NCBI GenBank assembly: GCA_963822445.1
Contig: CAWGHO010000002.1
Coordinates: 2,304,001 to 2,368,000 of the forward strand
Reading direction: 5' to 3'
DNA from: an uncultured Acidobacteriota bacterium
GTDB taxonomy: Bacteria > Acidobacteriota > Thermoanaerobaculia > Gp7-AA8
Length of the DNA stretch: 64,000 nucleotides
The notes under the pieces are model-generated. The model was given only the letters and a program-made list of their open reading frames with translations. It had not been told where the DNA came from and made no database searches. The translations under genes were made by a program, and so were the position numbers. Of the stretch, positions 1 to 9,851 are shown one piece after another (position 1 is the stretch's first letter; each line of letters opens with the position of its first letter).

Positions 1-1
1 G

Positions 2-43
2 GACCGGATCGTCCGGTTGTTCGACGGGAGGCAGGTGGCTTGA
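2..43 (+). CDS. 3' end of ABC transporter ATP-binding protein (partial)
   Basis: Frame 2 reads DRIVRLFDGRQVA*, typical LolD/MacB ATPase C-terminus; lies upstream of two permeases. Confidence 0.7.
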   Translation, partial: DRIVRLFDGRQVA

Positions 44-44
44 C

Positions 45-115
45 CAAGGCGCAAAGGCTTCAAGGCGCAAGGGCTCAAAGCCTTTGAGCCATTGAGCCTC
101 TGAGCCTTTGAGCCT
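45..115. repeat. Inverted 8-mer tandem-repeat element (AAGGCTCA-type / TGAGCCTT-type)
   Basis: About 4 degenerate units followed by about 4 reverse-complement units, intergenic. Confidence 0.85.
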
Positions 116-130
116 CCGACAGGAGCAATC

Positions 131-1372
131 ATGATCAAAAACTACATAACTCTCGCCCTCAAGGTCCTCGCCAGAAGAAAGTTCTTCACCTTCATCTCCC
201 TGTTCGGCATCAGCCTCACGCTGGTCGTGCTGATGGTGGCGACGGCGATCCTCGACAACCTCTTCTCTCCGCGTAAGCCGGAGAGCCGCTTCGATCGCGC
301 CCTCACCGTTCAGGTCCTCGGCGAATACGGTCATCAGGGCGGTCGCACCAGCGCGCCGGGATATGCGTTCCTCGACAAATACGTGCGCGGGCTTCCCGAC
401 GCCGAAGCGACCACGGTCTTCTCGCAGGTCTCGTCCGCGGCGATGTATCACCAGGGCCAGAAGGTCGACACGTTCGTCCGGCGTACCGACGGTCCGTACT
501 GGCAGATTCACGACTTCACCTTTCTCGAGGGTGGCCCGTTCACGCAGGCCGATGACGACGCGGCGAACTTCGTCGCGGTCATCAGCGAGGAAGTTCGGCA
601 GAAGCTGTTCGCGGGCGCGCCGGCGGTCGGAAAGACCTTCGAGCTCGAAGGCCGCCGCTACAACGTCGTCGGGGTCGTTCCGTCAGTTCCCTTCACACGC
701 GTGACCGCCTACTCCGAGATCTGGGCGCCGAACAGCACGACCAGAAACCCCGACTACAAGCGTCAGCGTTTCGGTGCCTACGGCGCGGTGGTCCTCGCGA
801 AGAGCAAGGCCGACTTTCCGAAGCTTCGCGCGTCGTTCACCGAGCGGCTGGATGGCTATATCTTCGAAGACCCCAAAAACTTCAACAAAGTCGTGGCCGG
901 ACTGGACACGCCTTTCGAGGCCGTCGCACGGCTCTCCTTCAACAACAAGATGGAAGACTCGCGCACGACCATCCTCCGGACGATCTTCATCGTCGCGGCG
1001 CTGCTCTTCATCACCCTGCCGACCATGAACCTGGTCAGCATCAACCTCAGCCGGATCATGGAGCGCGCGTCGGAGATCGGCGTACGGAAAGCGTTCGGCG
1101 CTTCGTCGCGGGCGCTGGTTGGCCAGTTCGTCGTGGAGAACGTCGTTCTCACCGTCATCGGCGGCCTCCTCGGATTCCTGCTGTCGATAGCGGCGCTGGC
1201 GATCCTCACTCGCGTCAACCCGCTTCCGTCCATGGTCTTCGACGTCAACTTCCGGATCTTCCTGTACGGAATGCTGATCGCCGCGGCGTTCGGGGTGATC
1301 TCCGGTGTCTATCCCGCCTGGCGGATGTCGCGAATGCATCCGGTCAACGCTCTTCGTGGAGGTGCGCTGTGA
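131..1372 (+). CDS. ABC transporter permease, MacB/FtsX family
   Basis: N-terminal TM, periplasmic domain, ERASEIGVRKAFGA motif, C-terminal YPAWRMSRMHPVNALR. Confidence 0.93.
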   Translation: MIKNYITLALKVLARRKFFTFISLFGISLTLVVLMVATAILDNLFSPRKPESRFDRALTVQVLGEYGHQGGRTSAPGYAFLDKYVRGLPDAEATTVFSQVSSAAMYHQGQKVDTFVRRTDGPYWQIHDFTFLEGGPFTQADDDAANFVAVISEEVRQKLFAGAPAVGKTFELEGRRYNVVGVVPSVPFTRVTAYSEIWAPNSTTRNPDYKRQRFGAYGAVVLAKSKADFPKLRASFTERLDGYIFEDPKNFNKVVAGLDTPFEAVARLSFNNKMEDSRTTILRTIFIVAALLFITLPTMNLVSINLSRIMERASEIGVRKAFGASSRALVGQFVVENVVLTVIGGLLGFLLSIAALAILTRVNPLPSMVFDVNFRIFLYGMLIAAAFGVISGVYPAWRMSRMHPVNALRGGAL

Positions 1373-2565
1373 TCCGTCATCTGCTCAAGCTGGTCTGGAA
1401 CCGGAAGCGCGCGAACGCGCTGCTCATCACGGAGATCTTCATCTCCTTCATCGTGATCTTCGCCGTGCTCACCGCGGCGATCACCTTCGGCTCGAACTGG
1501 TCGCGCCCCCTCGGCTTCGACTGGAATGGCGTGTGGGACGTGAGCATGGAGTTCGACATCGACTACGGCCCGGGCGGTGTCGAACAGGACAAGAAGATGC
1601 GTCCGCAGGTGAAGCTGATGATGGATGAGATCCGCCAGTTTCCCGAAGTCGAAGCGGTCGGCGGCTCGAACACGCCTCCATACGCGTTCTCGACGTCCGA
1701 AGGGCGGTGGAGAATCAAGGGCAAGGACGTCCGCCTGGTCTGGGACGACGTCACCGACGGCTTCGGCGACGCCATGAAGCTGCAGGTAGTGCGCGGCCGG
1801 TGGTTCAACGCCGAGGACGATGCGGCGACCGATCAGCCGGTGGTCATCGACAGCAACACGGCAAAGACGATCTTCGGCGACGCCGATCCGATCGGCGAGA
1901 AGCTCGAAGACGAGCCGCGCCCGCTGCGCATCGTCGGCGTGGTCAAAGAGTTCCGCAAGAACGGGGAAACGGCGGGACCGATGAACCTCATCTTCCGTCG
2001 CGTGGCCATGAACGGCGCGTACGGACGCCTGGGCAGCCACATCCTCGTGCGCCTCCGCCCGGGCACGTCCGCCGACTTCGAGGAGAAGCTCGTCGACCGG
2101 CTCCAGGCAGTGGCGCCGGAAATGGTCTTCAAAGTCCGGCACATGGATCAGATGCGCGATCGCGGCTTGCGCTCGCGGTTCGGGCCGGTGCTCGTCGGCG
2201 GCGTCGTCGCGCTGTTCCTCGTATTGATGGTGGCCCTCGGTCTCACCGGCGTGCTCTGGCAGAACGTGACGCGGAGGACTCGCGAGATCGGTCTGCGCCG
2301 CGCGATGGGCGCCGCCGGCTCGACCGTGCACCGCCAGATCCTGATCGAGGTGGCGCTGCTGGCCACGATCGCGTTGATTCTCGGCAGCATCATCGTGCTG
2401 CAGCTGCCGATCCTCGGCGCATTCGCGCTGGTGACGCCGTCCGCATTCACGATCGGCTTCATCGGCGCGCTTGCGACGATTTACGCGCTCACGATACTTT
2501 GCGGGCTATACCCCAGCTGGCTCGCGTCGCGACTGCAACCCGCGGACGCGCTGAGGTATGAGTAG
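1369..2565 (+). CDS. ABC transporter permease, MacB/FtsX family
   Basis: RRTREIGLRRAMGA motif, YPSWLASRLQPADALRYE; GTGA overlap with upstream permease. Confidence 0.93.
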   Translation: MIRHLLKLVWNRKRANALLITEIFISFIVIFAVLTAAITFGSNWSRPLGFDWNGVWDVSMEFDIDYGPGGVEQDKKMRPQVKLMMDEIRQFPEVEAVGGSNTPPYAFSTSEGRWRIKGKDVRLVWDDVTDGFGDAMKLQVVRGRWFNAEDDAATDQPVVIDSNTAKTIFGDADPIGEKLEDEPRPLRIVGVVKEFRKNGETAGPMNLIFRRVAMNGAYGRLGSHILVRLRPGTSADFEEKLVDRLQAVAPEMVFKVRHMDQMRDRGLRSRFGPVLVGGVVALFLVLMVALGLTGVLWQNVTRRTREIGLRRAMGAAGSTVHRQILIEVALLATIALILGSIIVLQLPILGAFALVTPSAFTIGFIGALATIYALTILCGLYPSWLASRLQPADALRYE

Positions 2566-2568
2566 CTT

Positions 2569-2664
2569 TGTCATCCCGAGCGTCAGTCGAGGGACCCGGT
2601 GGGGTGGGTGGCGCGACTCGCGTGCCGCCAGCCGCCGGGTCCCTCGACTTCGCTCGGGATGACA
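2569..2664. repeat. REP-like palindromic element (TGTCATCCCGAGC...GCTCGGGATGACA)
   Basis: Long imperfect inverted repeat with inner GAGGGACCCGG/CCGGGTCCCTC arms. Confidence 0.8.
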
Positions 2665-2671
2665 CGTTTTT

Positions 2672-4045
2672 ATGAATGCACCCATTCTCATCGTCGACGA
2701 CGACGCCTCCATCACCGCGTCGCTCGCGCTGCTGCTCAAGCAGAGCGGCTACCGCTCTGTTTCCGCGCAAACCCCCATCGAGGCCCTCGCCGCAATCCGC
2801 GGCGAGCGGCCTCGACTCGTCATTCAGGACATGAACTTCTCGCGGCAGACGACCGGCGAGGAGGGGCTCGATCTGCTCGAGCGCATTCGCGCCGAGGAGC
2901 CGTCGATGCCTGTGATTCTGATGACGGCGTGGGGATCCATCGGTTTAGCTGTTGAAGGGATGAAGCGCGGCGCGTCGGACTTCATCACCAAGCCGTGGTC
3001 GAACGCGACGGTGCTGCAATCGGTCGAGACCGCGCTGAAACTCGTCGAAGCGCGCGCGTCCGAGGAAGACCTGACGCGCTCCGAGCTCGACGAGCGCTAC
3101 GACTTCTCGAACATCATCGGCAGCGATCCGAAAGTCGTGCGCATGCTCGAGCTGATCGGCAGGGTCGCGCCGACCGAGGCTTCCGTGCTCATCACCGGGG
3201 AAAGCGGGACGGGCAAGGAGCTGGTGGCCGAGGCCATTCATCGCAACAGCAAGCGCCGCAGCGGTCCCTTCATCAAAGTAAACCTCGGCGGCATCTCATC
3301 CACCCTTTTTGAGAGCGAGATGTTCGGCCATGTCCGCGGTGCATTCACCGATGCGAAGCTCGATCGGCGCGGCCGGTTCGAGATGGCGGATGGGGGAACG
3401 ATCTTCCTCGACGAGATCGGCGAGCTCGATTCCCCGTCGCAGGTGAAGCTCCTGCGCGTGCTGCAGGACCGCACATTCGAAGTCCTCGGATCGAGCCGCA
3501 GCAAGAGCGCGGACGTGCGGGTCATCGCCGCGACGAACCGCGCGCTGCACGAGATGGTGCAGCGCGGCGAGTTTCGCGAAGACCTTCTGTATCGGCTGAA
3601 CCTGATCAACATTCATCTGCCGCCGTTGCGCGATCGCCGCAGCGACGTGCCGCGGCTCGCGAATCACTTCCTGCGTATGGCCAATGAGGCGTATCGCACC
3701 GATGTCGAATCGATCTCCACGCGGGCGATGGACTGGCTGAAGTCGCAGAACTGGCCGGGGAACATCCGCCAGCTCCGGCAGGTCATCGATCGCGCCGTCC
3801 TGATTCGCGGCGGGCGGGAGCTCGACGTCGAGGACTTTTTCTCCGTGCGCGACACCGGCGAGCGGCGCGGTACCGTGGAGCTGCCGGAAGCGGGAACGAT
3901 CACGCTCGACGAGCTGGAGAAGCGGATGATCGAGAAGTGCATGAAGCACTACGAGGGCAACGTATCGCGCGTGGCCGAGGCGCTGGGGGTGTCGCGGGCG
4001 GCCTTGTATCGCCGGTTCGAGAAGTACGGGATAAGCGCGGAATGA
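2672..4045 (+). CDS. Sigma-54-dependent response regulator (NtrC family)
   Basis: REC domain, GESGTGKE Walker A, GAFTDA loop, WPGNIRQL, Fis-type HTH. Confidence 0.95.
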   Translation: MNAPILIVDDDASITASLALLLKQSGYRSVSAQTPIEALAAIRGERPRLVIQDMNFSRQTTGEEGLDLLERIRAEEPSMPVILMTAWGSIGLAVEGMKRGASDFITKPWSNATVLQSVETALKLVEARASEEDLTRSELDERYDFSNIIGSDPKVVRMLELIGRVAPTEASVLITGESGTGKELVAEAIHRNSKRRSGPFIKVNLGGISSTLFESEMFGHVRGAFTDAKLDRRGRFEMADGGTIFLDEIGELDSPSQVKLLRVLQDRTFEVLGSSRSKSADVRVIAATNRALHEMVQRGEFREDLLYRLNLINIHLPPLRDRRSDVPRLANHFLRMANEAYRTDVESISTRAMDWLKSQNWPGNIRQLRQVIDRAVLIRGGRELDVEDFFSVRDTGERRGTVELPEAGTITLDELEKRMIEKCMKHYEGNVSRVAEALGVSRAALYRRFEKYGISAE

Positions 4046-5304
4046 AACTCCGCAGCAAATTCACGACCTACCTCGTCGGGATCCATCTCATCCTTGCCGT
4101 CGCGGCGGCGTTCATCCTGCGCGAGCGGCCGATGCTGCTCTTCGCGATCGAGGCGCTCTTCGTCCTCTCCGTGATCCTCGGCGTGCGCTTCGTGCGCGCG
4201 CTGTTCGTGCCGCTCGAGCTGATCCGTACCGGCGCGGAGCTGATCGGCGAACGCGATTTCACTTCGCGCTTCGTCCCGGTCGGCCAGCCGGAGATGGACA
4301 TGCTCATCGACGTCTACAACCGGATGATCGACCGGTTGCGCGAGGAGCGGCTGGCGGCGGAAGAGCGCCATCACCTGCTCACGAAGATCGCCGAGGCGTC
4401 GACCGCTGGAATCGTGATCTGCGACTTCGATGGGAACGTGGAGAGCATGAATCCGGCGGCGCGGGAGATTGCCGGTGTGGTGCGGGCCTCTGGCCTGCCT
4501 TTCGAGTCCTGGCTGAAGGCAGGCCAGAGGCCTGCACCACACGGAGACGCACTGGGCCGTCGATTCAAAGTCAGCCGCGGCGCGTTTCGGGATCGAGGGT
4601 TCGAGAAGACCTTCTACATCATCGAAGAGATGACCGAAGAGCTGCGGCTCTCGGAAAAGTCGGCTTACGAGAAGCTGATCCGGATGATGTCCCACGAGGT
4701 CAATAACTCCGTCGGCGCAGTGCGCTCGCTGCTGGAATCATCGTTGCGCTACGCGCCGCAGATCGGCGAGGCGGACCGCGAGGATTTCCGTTCCGCGCTG
4801 ACCATCGCCTCCGCCCGGATCGACGCGCTGAACCGCTTCATGGCCGCGTTCGCGGACGTCGTGCGCATTCCGCACCCCGCGCGAACGCCGACGAACGTCG
4901 CCGGCATCGTGGAACGGGTTACAGGGTTGCTGCGGCCGGAGCTGGAGGATCGCGCGATTCGCGTGGAGCTCGATCTCGCAGACCGCGCGACGTACGACGT
5001 CGACGAGAACCAGATCGAGCAGGTCGTGCTGAACATCTTCCGGAATGCGATCGACGCGGTCGGCCGCGACGGAACGATCCTCGCGACGTTGCGCGACGGC
5101 GCGCTGACTGTCGCTGACTCCGGGCCGGGGATCGCCGAGGGCGTTCGCTCCGAGCTCTTCACGCCGTTCTTTACCACCAAGCGGGAAGGGCGGGGGCTGG
5201 GGCTGACGATCGTGCAGGAGATTCTGGCGAACCACGCCCTCCCGTTCTCGCTGCAGAACCGGGAGGGCGGCGGGGCGGAGTTTCGGATCGGGTTCGGCGC
5301 TTAA
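4042..5304 (+). CDS. Sensor histidine kinase (NtrY-like; HAMP, PAS remnant)
   Basis: Two TMs, H-box SHEVNNS, N-box NAIDA, DSGPGI, FFTTK, GLGL; ATG overlaps upstream TGA. Confidence 0.92.
   Translation: MKLRSKFTTYLVGIHLILAVAAAFILRERPMLLFAIEALFVLSVILGVRFVRALFVPLELIRTGAELIGERDFTSRFVPVGQPEMDMLIDVYNRMIDRLREERLAAEERHHLLTKIAEASTAGIVICDFDGNVESMNPAAREIAGVVRASGLPFESWLKAGQRPAPHGDALGRRFKVSRGAFRDRGFEKTFYIIEEMTEELRLSEKSAYEKLIRMMSHEVNNSVGAVRSLLESSLRYAPQIGEADREDFRSALTIASARIDALNRFMAAFADVVRIPHPARTPTNVAGIVERVTGLLRPELEDRAIRVELDLADRATYDVDENQIEQVVLNIFRNAIDAVGRDGTILATLRDGALTVADSGPGIAEGVRSELFTPFFTTKREGRGLGLTIVQEILANHALPFSLQNREGGGAEFRIGFGA
4475..4542. repeat. Palindromic element GTGGTGCRGGCCTCYGGCCTGCC inserted in frame in kinase
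   Basis: Inverted arms ~4475-4502 and ~4515-4542; same arm at 18620-18687 and 62256-62280. Confidence 0.85.
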
Positions 5305-6317
5305 TCCTTCAAAATCTCCTCGATCATGTCGATGGCCCGGTCATCGCCGGTCTGGGCCAGCCAGAACATCGCCTTCTTCCGCACGCCCGGGCTCTTGTGG
5401 TTGCGCACGAGGTCCATGAGCAGCGGCACGGAGCGGTCGTGCGGCAATTGGGAGATGGCGAAGACGGCGTGCTCGCGGACGTCGTCGTCGGGGTCCTCGT
5501 CGACGAAGCGGCGAAGCTCGTCGGCGGCTTTCGCGCCGGCGCGCTGGCCGAGCCAGAAGATCGCCTCGCGGCGGATCTCCTTCGTCTTGTCGTTGCGAGC
5601 CAGCGAGATCAGCTCAGCGGTCGCGCCTTCGTACTGATTCTGCGACAGCGAGAACACCGCTTTCTTGCGCAGAGACGTGCTTTCGTTCGAGCGGAGGAAG
5701 TCGCGCAGGAAACGGAAGCCGCGCTCGCCGCCGCGCTGGCCGATCCAGAACAGCGCGTCCTCCCGAATCTTCGATGACTCGCCCGGTCCAGCGAGCCGCT
5801 CGAGCGCGGGAAGTGCATTCGCGTGCGCATGCTGCGCGATCGCGCCGACCACGGAGTTGCCGTGGCGGCCGACCGTCTGACGCGCTTTGTCGACGAAGAA
5901 GGCGATGCTGCTGGCGGGATCGACGTTCGCGAGCACCGTCACTTCGTTACCGCGGCCGTCGACCGCGCACGTGCTGTCGAACATCTGCACTCGCGTCACC
6001 AGCCCCTTTTCGATCTCGACGGCGATGGTGACGTCGGTCGTGTCAGCTTGCCGGTCGTTATCGCCGTGATTGATCGACCAGCCGCGATTGCCGCCGAGGC
6101 TGCAGCCGCCGCAGCAGCCTTTCCGGTCGTTGGTCCAGCAGCAGATCGAGCCGCCTTCAGCCATCGGCACGCTCCAGGCGAACCAGCCGTCGCGATTTCC
6201 GATCGCCTGCGCAACGCCGCCGCGCGCGTCGACATTGCGAACCGTTCCGTTGGTGAACTGCTGTGCGAAAAGCGACGTCGTGATGAGCAGCGAGGCGAGG
6301 ATCAGGCGCGTATTCAT
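5301..6317 (-). CDS. Secreted HEAT-repeat protein
   Basis: Signal peptide; repeated IREDALFWIGQ / IRREAIFWLGQ / VRKKAMFWLAQ units. Confidence 0.88.
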   Translation of the reverse strand: MNTRLILASLLITTSLFAQQFTNGTVRNVDARGGVAQAIGNRDGWFAWSVPMAEGGSICCWTNDRKGCCGGCSLGGNRGWSINHGDNDRQADTTDVTIAVEIEKGLVTRVQMFDSTCAVDGRGNEVTVLANVDPASSIAFFVDKARQTVGRHGNSVVGAIAQHAHANALPALERLAGPGESSKIREDALFWIGQRGGERGFRFLRDFLRSNESTSLRKKAVFSLSQNQYEGATAELISLARNDKTKEIRREAIFWLGQRAGAKAADELRRFVDEDPDDDVREHAVFAISQLPHDRSVPLLMDLVRNHKSPGVRKKAMFWLAQTGDDRAIDMIEEILKD

Positions 6318-6320
6318 CGG

Positions 6321-7547
6321 TTACTCCTCGAGTAGCTCCAGCATGTAAGCGACGGCGTCATCACTGCCCATGACCGAGAGCTTCTGAAGGATCTCCTTCT
6401 TCATCTGCCGGTTGGTTTCCTTCCTGGCGAGCTCGATCAGGGCCTTGGCGTTACCCATGACGAAGAGGCCGTTGATGACGGCTTCTTTCACTTCGTGGTC
6501 TCCGGTCGCGTAGAAACCGAGGAGAGCCGGCGCCGACTTCTTGCCCATCAGTCCGAGCTTCTGAATGGCCTCGGCGCGAAGCTTGGTGTCCTTCTCGTTC
6601 GTGGCCAGCTCGGTGATGCGGGTGTAGTCACCGGCGATGAAGAGCCCTTGGATGATCTCTTCCTTCATCTGACGCGAGGTCTCGGTCGCGTACATCGAGG
6701 CCAGCTCGGCGCGGGCGCCCATGACGCCGAGGAGACGGATCGCGTCTTCGCGCAGCTCGAGGTTCTTCTCGGTCTTCGCCGCCTCGAGCACGCGGGCCTT
6801 ATTGCCGCTGATCATCCAGGCCTTGAGCACCTCGCCCTTGACCTCGGTGCCGGCGTTCGGCGACGCGTAAACCTCGGCCAGCAACTGTCCGTTGCGCTGG
6901 CCGCCGGCGATGCCGAGGTAGCGGATCGCTTCTTCCTGGATCTCGGGGTTGGCGTTCCCGCGGGCGATGTTGGCGAGCAGAGTCTGCGCGCGAGGCGATG
7001 AGGACTGGCTGAGGATGAACAGCGCCTGCTGCTTCATCTTCTTCGTGTACGAACCGCCCTTGACGATCTTCTCCAGCAGGGGAAAGGCTTTTTCCGGATC
7101 GGTGTGCATCAGCGACTGGATGGCGATCACCTTCACGTCATCGTCGACGCTCTCCGGCTTCACCCGCTGGCCGGCACCCTGGCGCACTTCGATCTCGAGG
7201 GCCTTGGCGTCGTTGAGCCAGCGGCTGGACGGGTGGCCTTTCTTCAATCCTTCGATGACGCTCAGCGCCTCGGTGCGGCGATTGAGCTTGTTGAGCGAGT
7301 AGGCCATCCAGTACAGCGCTCCGTCCTGCCGGCTGCCCTTCATCTCCGCGACGCGGGTGAATTGCTCGAGAGCCTCTTCCCACTCTTCGTCGTCGATGTA
7401 GTCGGTGCCGTCTTCGTAGAGCTCACTCTCGCGCTCGGAGCGCTCGGAACGCTGTTCGGCTTCGCCGTACTCGAGGTCCGCCGCGACGAGCCCCGTGGTC
7501 ATGAATGCGGCGATGAGAATGGCCGCCAGTAGTTTTCTGATGTTCAT
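6321..7547 (-). CDS. Secreted TPR + HEAT-repeat protein
   Basis: Signal peptide, TPR-like ALYWMAYS segment, repeated EEAIRYLG / EDAIRLLG units. Confidence 0.88.
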   Translation of the reverse strand: MNIRKLLAAILIAAFMTTGLVAADLEYGEAEQRSERSERESELYEDGTDYIDDEEWEEALEQFTRVAEMKGSRQDGALYWMAYSLNKLNRRTEALSVIEGLKKGHPSSRWLNDAKALEIEVRQGAGQRVKPESVDDDVKVIAIQSLMHTDPEKAFPLLEKIVKGGSYTKKMKQQALFILSQSSSPRAQTLLANIARGNANPEIQEEAIRYLGIAGGQRNGQLLAEVYASPNAGTEVKGEVLKAWMISGNKARVLEAAKTEKNLELREDAIRLLGVMGARAELASMYATETSRQMKEEIIQGLFIAGDYTRITELATNEKDTKLRAEAIQKLGLMGKKSAPALLGFYATGDHEVKEAVINGLFVMGNAKALIELARKETNRQMKKEILQKLSVMGSDDAVAYMLELLEE

Positions 7548-7562
7548 CGTCAGTCCTTGTGC

Positions 7563-8330
7563 TCAAACGTTCGGTTGATTGAGGTCGTTGGCTGCTTCGC
7601 CGGTGCGCGTGTCGTTGCGCAGGACGCGAAGCTTGAAGACCAGCCCCTTTGCCTCGACGCGCTTCTGGATGCGGCGGAGCTCGTCCGCCGGCATGTCCTC
7701 GGGCGCGTGGGCGATCTGCAGCAGGATCGGCTCGAGCTCGTCGAGGAGCGTGGCCACGCTCTCCTCTCCGCGATCGAGTGCGGTCCGGCGATACAGGCGG
7801 TTGCTGGTGAGAAGTTCCTCGGCGACGGCGCGCTCGGCGCCGATGTCGACGTTTTCGTCAGTCGGTGTGATGTTGGTCAGCTCGACGAGGACGCGCTCGG
7901 AACGGTCGAAGTGATCGTTGACCACGACCAGGAGCACGCGGTCGCGCTGCTGTTGTGTAGAGGGTTGGGTTACTGGGGTTGCTGGGTTGCTGGGTTGCTG
8001 GGTTGCTACCTGCGTAACTGGTGCTGCGTCGCGTTTCCAGAGCAGACCGCCGATGAAAGCGAGCATCACCACGGCGGCCGCGGCTGCCCACTTCATCCAT
8101 CCGTGTTTCGCCTGTTTTTTCTCGACGCGCATCCGCCAGCGCAGGCGCTCCCAGACGCGGGTCTCGTAGTCATCGGCCGGTTCCGGTACTTCCGGTGCGG
8201 TCACGCGATCGAGCACGGTCGCGAGACGCGCGAGGTCGGCCTGACAGTCCGCGCAGGTGCGGAGGTGCTCCTCCGAGCCGGGCTCGCCGTAGTAAGCCGC
8301 CACGATGTCTTCCTGAGTGAGGTGATTCAT
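7563..8330 (-). CDS. Zinc-finger anti-sigma factor
   Basis: HLRTCADC (HxxxCxxC) motif, single TM, downstream of ECF sigma. Confidence 0.85.
   Translation of the reverse strand: MNHLTQEDIVAAYYGEPGSEEHLRTCADCQADLARLATVLDRVTAPEVPEPADDYETRVWERLRWRMRVEKKQAKHGWMKWAAAAAVVMLAFIGGLLWKRDAAPVTQVATQQPSNPATPVTQPSTQQQRDRVLLVVVNDHFDRSERVLVELTNITPTDENVDIGAERAVAEELLTSNRLYRRTALDRGEESVATLLDELEPILLQIAHAPEDMPADELRRIQKRVEAKGLVFKLRVLRNDTRTGEAANDLNQPNV
7962..8008. repeat. 8-mer tandem repeat (GGGTTGCT) inside anti-sigma CDS
   Basis: About 4 units encoding QQPSNPATP on the minus strand. Confidence 0.8.
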
Positions 8331-8887
8331 ACGGTGCTTCCCATATATGGCTGCAGGTGTTGCCTGACTTTCTGTACCGCTCTGAAAACGGTGTTCTTGG
8401 TGGCGTTGAGCTTCGTGCCGAGGACTTCGCCGATCTCTTCGAGGGGCATGCCTTCGTAGTGGCGGAGAACGAACGCGGTGCGCTCGTTGCCGCTCATGCC
8501 GTCGAGCGCGACGGCCACGGCTTTCTGCATCTCGGTGCCGAGAAGGATGCGATCGGGCGCCGCGGTCTGTGACGCGATGGCCGAGAGGTCTTCGACGTGT
8601 TCGACGCGGTTGTCGCGGCGCTTGCGGGAGTCGATCAGATCGAGCGCGCAGTTGACGGCGATGCGGTGCAGCCAGGTCGTCAGCGCCGCGCGCGATTCGA
8701 AGGTCGACAGTTGTCTGTAAGCCCGCATGAAAGTCTCCTGCACCACGTCGTCCGCATCGGCGGAGTTCCCGGTGATCCGGTACGCGGATCGGAACAGAGC
8801 CCGCGAGTGCCGCTCGACGATGAGCCGGAACGCGTCATCGTCACCGGCCCGAACGCGCTGAACCAGCTCGCTGTCGCTCAGTTCCAT
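8327..8887 (-). CDS. ECF RNA polymerase sigma factor
   Basis: Region 2 DADDVVQETF and TWLHRIAVN; region 4 HTH. Confidence 0.95.
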   Translation of the reverse strand: MELSDSELVQRVRAGDDDAFRLIVERHSRALFRSAYRITGNSADADDVVQETFMRAYRQLSTFESRAALTTWLHRIAVNCALDLIDSRKRRDNRVEHVEDLSAIASQTAAPDRILLGTEMQKAVAVALDGMSGNERTAFVLRHYEGMPLEEIGEVLGTKLNATKNTVFRAVQKVRQHLQPYMGSTV

Positions 8888-8923
8888 CCGACCAGCTTAG
8901 ACAGGGGATTCCTTGTTTAGTTA

Positions 8924-8998
8924 GTTGCGGGGTTTCGGGGTTACGGGGTTTCGGGGTGGTAGGGACCTCGTAACCCCGAAACCTCGTAACCCCGTAAC
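8924..8998. repeat. Inverted 8-mer tandem-repeat element (GGGGTTWC / GWAACCYC)
   Basis: 4 G-rich units, short spacer, 4 reverse-complement units. Confidence 0.9.
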
Positions 8999-8999
8999 G

Positions 9000-9851
9000 T
9001 TACGCGACCGCGCCCGCTATCCGCGCTCTCATGGCCTGATCCGGCATCACCCCACCGCCCGCCCTCATGTTCTGCCGCAGGTGCTCCACCTTCGAAGTGG
9101 CTGGGATGGCGCAGGTTACGGCGGGGTGGGAGACCACGAACTTGAGGAAGAGCTCGGCCCAGCTCTCACAGCCGATCTCGGCGGCGAAGGGGGGAACAGG
9201 CTTGTTGCGGACGTCGCGGAAGAGCGAGCCGCCGCCGAAGGGGCGGTTGACGAGGACCGCGACGCCTTTTGAGGCGGCGTGCGGGAGGAGGCGGCGCTCG
9301 GCTTCCCGTTCGGCGAGGGAGTAGTTCAGCTGCACGAAGTCGATGCCGCCGCGGTCGATGATCCGCTCGAGGTCGGCATACGCGCCGGCGGTGTAGTGGG
9401 TGATGCCGATGTAGCGGATGCGACCCTCGCGCTTCCACTCGCGGAGCGTAGCCAGGTGGGTGTCGACGTCGAGGAGGTTGTGCACCTGCATCAGGTCGAC
9501 GCGGCCGCGCAGCTTGCGCTCGGAGTCTTCCATCTGGCGGATGCCCGCGGCACGGCCGCTGGTCCAGACCTTCGTGGCCACGAACAGCTTGTCACGGACG
9601 CCAATCTCGACCGCGAGGTCGCCGAGGACGTCTTCGGAACGGCCGTACATCGGCGAGGAGTCGACGACCCGGCCGCCGAGCTTGACGAACTCCGCGAGGA
9701 CGTCGCGAAGCGGTTGGCGTGCGGCATCGGACGGGCCGACGTCGAAGGTCTGCCACGTGCCGAGGCCGATGCGAGGGAGTCGCTCGCGGGCCTTGCCGCC
9801 GGCGCCGAGAGCGCCCGCGGCAAGGATGGCGATCGCCTCGCGGCGCGTCAC
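9000..9851 (-). CDS. Aldo/keto reductase
   Basis: IGLGTW, DSSPMYG, ATKVW, GRIRYIGIT, AIPATSK; GTG start overlaps upstream TGA. Confidence 0.92.
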   Translation of the reverse strand: MTRREAIAILAAGALGAGGKARERLPRIGLGTWQTFDVGPSDAARQPLRDVLAEFVKLGGRVVDSSPMYGRSEDVLGDLAVEIGVRDKLFVATKVWTSGRAAGIRQMEDSERKLRGRVDLMQVHNLLDVDTHLATLREWKREGRIRYIGITHYTAGAYADLERIIDRGGIDFVQLNYSLAEREAERRLLPHAASKGVAVLVNRPFGGGSLFRDVRNKPVPPFAAEIGCESWAELFLKFVVSHPAVTCAIPATSKVEHLRQNMRAGGGVMPDQAMRARIAGAVA

